Origin: Guillardia theta CCMP2712
Lineage: Eukaryota; Protista; Cryptophyta
Assembly (NCBI RefSeq): GCF_000315625.1
Contig: NW_005434642.1
Coordinates: 345,131 to 409,130 of the forward strand
Reading direction: 5' to 3'
DNA length: 64,000 bases
Shown: piece by piece, positions 1-14,100 of the stretch
How the letters are laid out: the number at the start of each line of letters is the position of its first letter
Numbering within the stretch: the first letter of the stretch is position 1
Translations under genes and position numbers: made by a program
The notes under the pieces: generated by a model
Database searches by the model: none
What the model saw: the letters and a program-made list of their open reading frames with translations, nothing else
What the model was told of the DNA's origin: nothing

Positions 1-1306
1 GATGGCTGCGTCATATGGGTGTCGGGTCCTTGCCATCGAACCACAGCCGCATGCTCACGTGTTCTTGAATGCTTCCCTGCTGCTGAATGGATGGAAGGTA
101 TGTGCCATGCCACGTCACCACTAGTTGGTTGTCTTACACGTTGCTTGTGAAGGGCAGGATTGATGTGGTACATGCTGCCGTCGGCGACAAGGGGGGTAGC
201 GTGAAGATGGTCAACAGGCATGGTTGGGACAACTGGGATGTCACTGAGATGACAGACGTGGACGATGATGCGCCTGGTGATGTTGTGCGACAAGTTCGAC
301 TGGATGATCTTGTTGACGACGACATCCTACTGCTCAAAATCGATGCGGAGGGGGCGGAAGACCTGGTCATGAGATCGGCTTTGCGGATCCTGGAGGGTCG
401 AAAGATAGATTCGATTCTTCTTGAGGCGAAGGGCAGCAGTGACGAAGCAAGAAATGAATTCAAGAAGGGGGTGTTCAAAGGGCTGGTGGAAAAAGGATAC
501 ACCGCATATGAGTTTTACGAAGAGGTAGCACCTTGCTCCCCGACTGTAGCTTGTGACGTTTGGTGCAGGTTGGCCGATCTGTGTTTTCGTGGAACCTGCA
601 TGACCATTTGTTTCCTCTCCAAGTAAGAAGAGGGGGAGTGAGTTAGACTTGAATCGTTCACGATATGATTTGATGTTCAGAAAACTCTCTCTTTCGAGAA
701 TTGGCCTTCTGAGCAAGTTTTCGAGGACCACCTTTTCGTGAGGCAGGATCTTGACCTTCCCAAGGTGAGAAGGTGAACCATTTGACACATGTACTTTCTG
801 AAGCGATGTCTACAGCCAGGAACTGTTTCTATACTCTTCCCCCCGATGGACCACGTGTTCCGGGACCCTTCAAAGATAGCTCTGGTCTTCGCTCTGTACA
901 ACTACACCAGCACGGTGAGACCTGCGTCCGCCCTGATCACTTGTCACGAAAGATCTTGATCATCAGGACGGTTCTTTGAACATCAGCATCAACAAGAGAA
1001 GCTTGGTAGAGAAAATCGTTCCAGGGTCAGGAAATCATGTTGGACGCGACGTCGAATATTTCACGCTGCTGCTGCCAGAATTGCCGGAGGCCCATCACTT
1101 CATCACAGTGAGAGCATTGGACATGGTATTCCGATGCGCCTTGTGGTTTCGACCTGACCGTCTTGTTGCAGCAGGGCGAGGAGCTCCTGGAGAACGTGGG
1201 CTCGGAGGATACAGTTCACTTCACTGTGAACCCGCGGGGAGCGAGCATGTCTTCGGCGATCGCCTGGCACTGCTCGAGGTTCTTAGACGAGTCTCATTGC
1301 AGATGA
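1..1306 (+). CDS. FkbM-family (Methyltransf_21) SAM-dependent methyltransferase, multi-exon, 5' end outside window
   Basis: Spliced reading gives AASYGCRVLAIEPQP...RIDVVHAAVGD...VRLDDLVDDDILLLKIDAEGAEDLVMRSA, which are typical FkbM motifs; several short GT-AG introns; probable stop at ~1304-1306. Confidence 0.8.
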
Positions 1307-1790
1307 AATTACGGAGAAAGAATGCACATCACAGCAGCGAGCCTTTCATCCCCTGCCCTCCTCTCCTCATCCTGATCCTTCCCGCCTTCTCCTGCTTCTC
1401 CTCTGATGATCCTCTCCTACGCTTCCACCCATCTTCTCCTTCTCCCTTCTCCGCTTCGCTTCTTGGCGATACATCTACATCAGAATCTTTCCTTGTCAAG
1501 ACAAAACTGTCCTTTTGACAAGTACTGGTCCTGCCCTCTTACCAACGGTCTCTTGGGAGGCGAGGGGTTAGGGGTTAGGGGGTACTTATGCACCCACCCA
1601 CCCTCGTGTATTCCATCAATTCACAGTTGAAAATCTTGGAATTCGATAGGTAGAGGGTCACTACCCCTACCCACAGAATCAACGGCTCACTGATTTTTCG
1701 GTATCCGACAATGGAGGCGGGCCAAGAAGAGCGCAAGGGAGCTCGAGAGGAGGGAGGGAGGGAGGGAGGGAGGGAGGGAGGGAGGGAGGG

Positions 1791-1890
1791 NNNNNNNNNN
1801 NNNNNNNNNNNNNNNNNNNNNNNNNNNNNNNNNNNNNNNNNNNNNNNNNNNNNNNNNNNNNNNNNNNNNNNNNNNNNNNNNNNNNNNNNN
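1791..1890. other. Assembly gap (100 N) next to a (GGAG)n tract
   Basis: N run directly after ggagggagggag repeats at ~1749-1790. Confidence 0.99.
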
Positions 1891-2337
1891 AGGTATCCCA
1901 AGACTTGGTGTCTTCGCATGGGGCGGAGCTCCAGGAAACATCGGGGGTAATTTGCCTTTACACATACCGGGCAACTCTCCTATTGCACTGCCGACGCTCT
2001 CGATACCACACCCCCCCCTCCATATACTTTTATTGTAGGTAGATAATGAGGGAGGGAGGGAGGGCACAGCCTGCAATGTTTGCTGAGGTAGTTTGGAGAT
2101 TGGGAGAGGCGAGGCTTGGGGAGGAGAGGAGAGGAGGGGAGAAGTATCGGGACAAAGTAATAGGACATCGACGATAGAGGAGGATGTATGGTTGGGGTTG
2201 TATCAAAGGATCCATGAAAGTCTCTTGCTTGATGCACGAGATGAAATCCTTGAGATAGAAGGATGAAATCGATTCCTTCCTGATTATCGATCGTGCCCTC
2301 TCATGCAGGCACCGCCAGGAAATCGTGCAGAAACGCC

Positions 2338-3447
2338 ATGTCGTACATTTTCAAGAGTCAGGGGAGAGACCGGCCCACCGTGACTGAGTTCACTTCACGA
2401 CGTTCGCAGACAGCAGGTGAAGTAATATGATCCTCCTGAAGTTCGAGTGACCTCTCCTCTCCTCCCTTCCCCTTCCTCCTCCAGCTTCGATATGGGCAAC
2501 TCAAATGACCACAAAACAGCCCATTTACCAGCAAGGCGTCTACTGCGAATCTGCCTTGCGCAGAACTGTGAGCAGGTCCAAGAGCAGAGCGTCCATGATG
2601 GAGGAGCAGGCAGTGCTCACGAGACCACCCACTCAAGACGATCTCTTCAGCGCTTCTCAGAGCAAATCTTTCAAGGTCGGCTCTTCCCGTCCCAATAGCC
2701 AACTGTCGTGGACGAGGCCTGCGTCTAGCATGTCTTGGCACTCAGCTCCTGACCTCCTTCCTCTCCAACGAGACTCTCGTCCCACCAGCGCGCTGAGCAT
2801 CAGCCGTCAAAGATACGAGACGCGTCCCGCCGGTGCTGCTTCGCAGTGGGGGAGGGGCGGGAGGACTGAACTCTGCTCGCAGGGCTGAGCCGGTCAAGAG
2901 TTGGGCACGAGCTCGGGTTCAACATGGCATCGAGACAGGCGCTGGTGGAGGAGGGCGGGGAGGGGCAACAGGCGCTACTTGGCCCCCAGCCGATGACATT
3001 GAGATTCGTTCCAACACGTCCCACGTACCTTCTCAACCTGGTAAGTTCGATCTTTGTGGAGGACGACTTGCAGGCAGAGTAATCCCTTGCGCTTGCATCA
3101 GCAAAAGTACTCCATGGTCACTGGATGCACCAAGGTGAGTCGCCCTGAGTCGGAGAGCAGCGCGCTGACATCACGAGCAGCACGTCCCAGGCAGAAGATT
3201 CGTCGACTTCATGTCGAGGAATGATAGCGGCCTGATGGCCCGGAGGCAGATGTTGGAGGACGTGGGAGCCCCGCAGACTCACTTTGCCAACACGACCAAG
3301 TGCATCTATCCGGCTTCTATCCCCTTCAAGATGCAGGTTGCGCTCGCTCGCTCCCCTGACCCTCTGTTGTGGTCTCAACGGCTGCTGCAGGTTCGGTACA
3401 AGGGAGGAGGAACCGCTTATAACGAGTTCAACCTGATGCCCTCTTGA
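2338..3447 (+). CDS. Hypothetical multi-exon Ser/Arg-rich protein
   Basis: ORF segments 2505-2888, 2833-3138 and 3211-3447 can be joined through GT...AG introns from an ATG at 2338 (MSYIFKSQGRDRP); no recognisable domain. Confidence 0.5.
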
Positions 3448-3557
3448 TGAGGCGGAGAGGAAAGGGGGAGGAGGAGAAGGTCCTGACTTAGATGAAAACA
3501 ATAAATTTCAAGAAGAACGGTCGATGCCCTGACTTTCTATGTACACGGTGATGGCAG

Positions 3558-8556
<4,999 letters not shown>

Positions 8557-8639
8557 CCCTGCACCCGGCGGCCTAGCTTGCACTCACACACAGGTTTTGC
8601 ACTTACAAGTGCTGTGACCGCAGCCCCGCTCAACTCTCT

Positions 8640-9290
8640 CGAACTCAAGTTAAAAAAACATTCAAACTGTCCGCGGCTTGAAACTCCGAGATCCGATCAT
8701 CAGTACGGCCCGAGCCGGCGGCCACCGTAACGGTACTATGATGCGGAGACTCTCCGAGTACTACAGTAGTACTAGTCTCCGAGGCTCAGTCTAGTAAGCC
8801 TCGGATTATTCCGAGTGTCGGAGCCTGCGGCCGCTGATGATCTGCCATGATCGGATGATCATCTGAGTCGGGCGGCCACGGTTGGCATCGGCGCACTAGC
8901 CGCGCAGTACGGGCCGGGCTGCCCTGAGGCGGCGGCGGCGGGCCGCGCCCGGGCCGGCCGCCCGGTGCCAGGCTGAAGTCGCCCGGGGCCGGGTGCCGCG
9001 CGGCGAGGCGACTCGGCGAGCCCGGGGGTGCAGCCTAGCCTAGCCCTCTCAGTGGTAGGCTAGTACGAGTCCGAGCGACCGTCCGATCGGCCCTGATCAT
9101 CGGAAGCTGATGTCTGGATCTGCGGCTAGGATTTCAAGTCACATCCTGGCCTCCGCCGTCCGATCGGAGCCTGATCCGACGAGCCGCAGGCGGGCTCCGG
9201 GCCTGCCAGGCCCCGGCGGTGAGCCTGCTGAGTCACGCCGCACGCCGGGGGCGCGCGTTCCGCTCTCTGAGGCGGGGTGCCAGTTTTCAC
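8640..9290. promoter_or_regulatory. GC-rich, palindrome-dense divergent intergenic region (class A)
   Basis: Lies between 5' ends at 8556(-) and 9334(+); dense CCGG, GGCC, CTAG, GTAC, GATC, TCGGA and GAGTC words; regulatory role is inferred. Confidence 0.45.
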
Positions 9291-9333
9291 TCTAGAAGCA
9301 AACTGACACGTTGCGTGTGTATCGGCGAGATCC

Positions 9334-10166
9334 ATGCCAAGCAGCGAGAGGTCGCGCAAGAGAAGGAAGGTGGAGGGCTCAAACCCCGGGGGAGACGAGC
9401 GTAGAGAACAAGAGCTAGGTGCTGACAAGATAGACCAAAAGAGGAAAACAAGGAGTCTCTGCGAGCACAGGCGGGTCCGATCACGATGCAAGGCGTGCGC
9501 GGGGGGGAGCATATGCGAGCACGGGCGGCAGCGATCATCATGCAAGGCGTGCGGGGGGGGGAGCATATGCGAGCACGGGCGGCGGCGATCGCAATGCAAG
9601 GCGTGCGGAGGCAGCAGCATATGCGAGCACGGGCGGCAGCGATCGCAATGCAAGGCGTGTGGGGGGGGGAGCATATGCGAGCACGGGCGGGTCCGATCAC
9701 GATTCAAGGCGTGGGGAGCGTAAAGACATCGTACTCTGGCGGCGGCGATCGCTATGCAAGGCGTGCGGGGGGGGGAGCATATGCGAGCACGGGCGGCGGC
9801 GATCACGATGCAAGGCGTGCGGAGGCAGCAGCATATGCGAGCACGGGCGGCAGCGATCGCAATGCAAGGCGTGTGGGGGGGGGGAGCATATGCGAGCACG
9901 GGCGGGAGCGATCACGATGCAAGGCGTGCGGAGGCAGCAGCATATGCGAGCACGGGCGGCAGCGATCGCAATGCAAGGCGTGCGGAGGCAGCAGCATATG
10001 CGAGCACGGGCGGGTCCGATCATCATGCAAGGCGTGCGGGGGGGGGAGCATATGCGAGCACAGGCGGCAGCGATCACGATGCAAGGCGTGCGGGGGGGGG
10101 AGCATATGCGAGCACGGGCGGCAGCGATCGCAATGCAAGGTATGTGGGAGTAGAGGCAAAAGTTAG
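9334..10166 (+). pseudogene. Cys/His repeat protein (13 x 18-aa CEHGRxRSxCKACGGxSI) with a basic NLS-like N-terminus, interrupted by a stop and two frameshifts
   Basis: The repeat reading passes from ORF 9334-9723 to 9659-10153 to 9486-10166; degenerate unit with TAA at ~9721; G10 instead of G9 at 9875-9884; RSRKRRK near the N-terminus. May be a real pseudogene or assembly errors. Confidence 0.7.
9460..10146 (+). repeat. 54-bp coding minisatellite, ~13 units
   Basis: Unit tgcgagcacgggcgg-NNN-cgatc-NNNN-tgcaaggcgtgc-(G9 or ggaggcagc)-agcata repeated in tandem. Confidence 0.95.
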
Positions 10167-11185
10167 GAAGGAAAGATCGGATCATGGCCTCTGCTGAAGG
10201 CGTCAATGTTCAAGCATCATTTCGTTGTCATGGTGCATCAGTAGGCTCAGTGCAGAGACGCTGATGAAATATTGCCAAGCTCGATCATAGTTGACTGGAT
10301 TCACTGAAACTGTCCTGCTGAGTGAGTCGGGGGCCGGCAGTGGTGTCATGAATCAGTTCAGACCTGCCAGGTATCATGACTCTGATCAGTTGGGCCTGGC
10401 TCTGGCATGGCGGGGCGGCGGCCTTGCCATGCTGCTGCTCAACGTTGGCAGTAGATGGACTCAGAGCCGCGCTCGGCAGGACTGCCGCACTGAATGCCGT
10501 TGGGACGGAGAGTCGGTCACGGCTGGGTCGCCGGCTGTGCGGCAGCCTCAACCGTCGGCCCGGCGGTAACTTCAGTTTTGTTGCTGTCTTTCCAGTAACT
10601 TATTTATTGAACTTCGGAAGTCTTGGAATGGAGTGCTTGGAATGAGTCTCTGCAAACTCCGAGTCTATTTCTGATTCAGAAGCACCTATGCGGGTTCTGC
10701 CGCGGTCGCACGTACTCGCGGCACTGGCCCATGAGTTGGTACGACACACGGTCAGCTTAACTTTGAGTAAAGTAGTCAGCCGGTCCCGGCTGCCGCCGGC
10801 CTGGGCGCCTCACCGTCACTGCACCCGACCGTCCGTACGGTGACTGACTCGCCGGGAACTCCGGAACCGGGCGTCACTAGCGGCCTCCGCCTGAGTCCGC
10901 CTCACTGCCAGGCTGCAGTGCGGCTGAAGTTTCATCCGATGAAACGGAAATGTAACGGCACCCTCTAAATGTGGCGGTCGGGCGAAGCCTTATGTCGGGG
11001 CAGAAGGCCAGATGCGGGAGGCCTAGAGCCTCGCTGAGTGGCTCGGACGAGCCTCTCCCTTCTCCCCTCCTCCTGGGCTGCTACCTCCTCACCCGAGAAT
11101 GACGTGTCCCACCCATGGCAACAGCAAGTAGTGTCAGGCCTGACCGCGTCTGAGGGGTGTACAGCCAGGATTCGCAGCTGCAAGG

Positions 11186-14100
11186 ATGAACCCTACGGAG
11201 TTGCTCGGGTCCATGGCGCTCGTCCGTCCTGACCCATACGATGAAGCGACTGCATTGCGTTTTGGAGATTTTATATTGTTATCATGCAGCTTCATCGAGG
11301 ACAACGCTGGGTTCCTGTGCGAGCAAGGGTGCGTGCGAAAGCGCTGGGATACGCATCTAAAGCTTTCCTCTCGTGAGTTGGTGTTTGAAGTTTGCACCGC
11401 AAGGGAAGAACGGTTCTTGGTAGAGTGGGAATCCCTGAACAAGAACCGAGCACGAGTTGAGGACTTCTCAAGGTTAGAGCATGTCAAGATGCAGAATCAG
11501 ATGGAAAAGAAGGCCAACGACTCGCAAGCCGAGCACATGACAGGGAAGCCTGTGCATTACGGAGATGTGATACAGCTACGCCAGTTGAAGTCGCAAGCGT
11601 TTCTAGGAGTAGATATAAGTCAGGCCCCACGAGATGAGCCCACGGCTAAGAAGATTGTTCTCCATGACAGGCCAGGAAAGCCAGTAGGTTTCAAGATCCT
11701 ACCTCGTTTCAGATACCTGGTGGAGGGTCATACAGTATGCTATGGAGACCAAATCACTTTGGAAAGCATGTCCTTTCCCCGGGAGTTCCTGCATGCATCA
11801 AACAACTCGTGCTACCCGTCTGAAATCGGAATGATACACGAGGTGACCCTCAGTATACGCCAGGAGGCTGCATGGAAAGTAGAGCCATTCCTTTCCTTCT
11901 CGTTGCAGTCCAAGGCTTTGGTGAAAGTCGGAGATGTTGTTCGGCTGTATCATCCATTCCATCAAGCATACATCGCAGCAACGGGAATGGATAACACAGT
12001 CTACCTACAGTCAGGTCAAACCTCGCTCTCTTCAACTATGTGGGTTGTGGCAGACAAGAATCCCCTCATCGGAGGTCTAGTGAAGCTGCACCATAGCTAC
12101 AGTCTGATGCATCTCGTGACGAAACGTTATCTCTGCGTGACTGCTGAGAAGCTGCAACCAGCTCTGAGAATCAACACTGTCCACGAAAGCTATGACGATG
12201 GCCAGGAGGACAGCTCTCGAAGCCTGTTTTCTGCTGTGAAGTTGAGTGCCAATCACTCTCACGGTGTGTTCTTCAGCTTCGAGCCCTACGATGACGATCA
12301 CCAGAACTTGCATCTGCAGTGGTCAGGCAGGATCAGGCTGATGCACACAAACACAAGAGACTATCTTCACTGTATGAACTCACATCAACTGAGCGACCCG
12401 TTGCGTCCGTTAGAAGATGCAGATTCTTCGCAGATCGCTAGACTGAATGTGATAGAGGAGGATCATCAGATCTCTTACGAGGAGAGATTAGCGGAAGACT
12501 TGTCCAAGTTGCCCGAACGAGTGGTTGTCTCGTCTCCCGCCTTGTTCCGAGAGGACAGCTTCGATGTGGAGCAGGTCCCTGAAGAGCAGATAAGGTCTGT
12601 CGATGTGGTTCTTGGTATCCTGCCAACCCTGGAGAGCTACTTGATGCAGATGAACAAATTCGAGAGCATCGAGTTCTCTGAAGATGTAGTGCTGGAGATT
12701 CTTGACCGGCTGTCGGATTTGAGGTTGTACATCTATGACATCCAAGTGAGGGACAGGACGAAGATAGCCGTGCTGAATGACAAAGAGTTGCTGCAGATGA
12801 ACCCGCTGGAGTATTGTCAAAACTTCATGCATGACCTGGGAGTTCCCCAGCTGCTCTTTGCGATCATACGGCAGACTTGCAAGATTTGGTTGAAGCAGGT
12901 ACCGACGACTGCTGAGCCCGCAAACAACCTGAAGAGTGACAAGACACAAAAGAAAGTCAATCAAACGAAGAGTTCTGGGCTGTACAAACTGATCAGCCCC
13001 ACAAACTTGTTGAACCTACCAAGGAACAGAAGCGCCAAATTGGTTCTTCAAATGTGCTACTCAGTCCTCTGGCACATTGTGCACAAACACAAGAAGAACT
13101 CTATAGAGGTCGCGAGCTTTTTGAATGAGATGCAGGACCACCTCATCCTGGACATCGGAGCTGAACGAGTTCTGCTGGAGGTGCTCGAAGGCAACGAGAA
13201 GCTCCTTCTGTCCTTGGCTGGCGACGCTACCCGGGATGATCACATCCGATTTCACCTCCGGGCCCTGGCGACTGAGGGAAAGGATCCGATGCACGTGCGA
13301 TTTCTGTCTGCCTTCACCGCTGTAGCAGACAGAGGCATCTCCCGCCACCAAGACATCGTCCTGGAGAGCATCCTTGACGAAGTCGATGACATCCTCCTCC
13401 GGGTGCGGGTGGAGTGCCAGGCCGTGCAGCTCTTCGATGCTCGACACGCGATCTCTGAGAACCCTTCGACATGGAGGGACCTCGGGGATCTCGTGGCCGA
13501 CATGTCACGTGCGGGGAAGCGAGGTCATCAGAGTCGAAGGATGCTGGAGTACTGGATTGAAACCTTCGCGCTGCTAGCCAACCTTTGCAAGCCCGACTCC
13601 CTGGGAAGGAGGCAGTTCATCATCGGGAGGGTGAAGAAGTTTGTGCCTTTGGAGGTCTGCATATCCTGTCTGCAGGACGACAGGCTGTCTGAACACCTTC
13701 GGAGGCACGTGTGCGAGTTCATCAGGTTCTGTTACGTGGAGGGCGATGAGTTCAACAGCATCACCAGGCTAACCGGAATCTCAATCTGGAAGGATCTTGA
13801 CTCATACCAAAACTTTCACTTCTTGAACAGAGTCACTGAGGAGAAGCAGGCAGGCAGTCAACAGCCAGACTCTGCAAGGAATCCCGACCCTCCCAAGGAC
13901 CTGTATGACCTGAGAACCATCGTCAGGGAGTACTTTGCTCAGTCATCTTGCCAGATGTACCCGGGGGAGCGGCCGTTCGCCAACGAGCTGAAGCTCTCGA
14001 TGCTGAAGCTCTGCAAGCAGTTGCTGGTATTTGGGTTTGTGTGCGAGGAAGACCTCAAGTCAGTGATCAAGGAGACCATGGACCTGCTGGACTTTTCTTC

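Noticed and set aside
1310-1520. Possible minus-strand exon fragment (DSDVDVSPRSEAEKGEGEDG...)
   Set aside because: No supportable start or partner exons; an assembly gap lies nearby
9360-9400. tRNA/B-box-like GAAGGTGGAGGGCTCAAACCCC
   Set aside because: No A-box, D-arm or acceptor stem found; lies in the repeat-gene reading frame
9460-10146. CRISPR-like repeat-spacer array
   Set aside because: Contiguous 54-bp coding units with no unique spacers, no cas genes, eukaryotic context
9126-10206. Minus-strand repeat ORFs (PPRTPCIAIAAARARIC...)
   Set aside because: Reverse translations of the stop-free minisatellite
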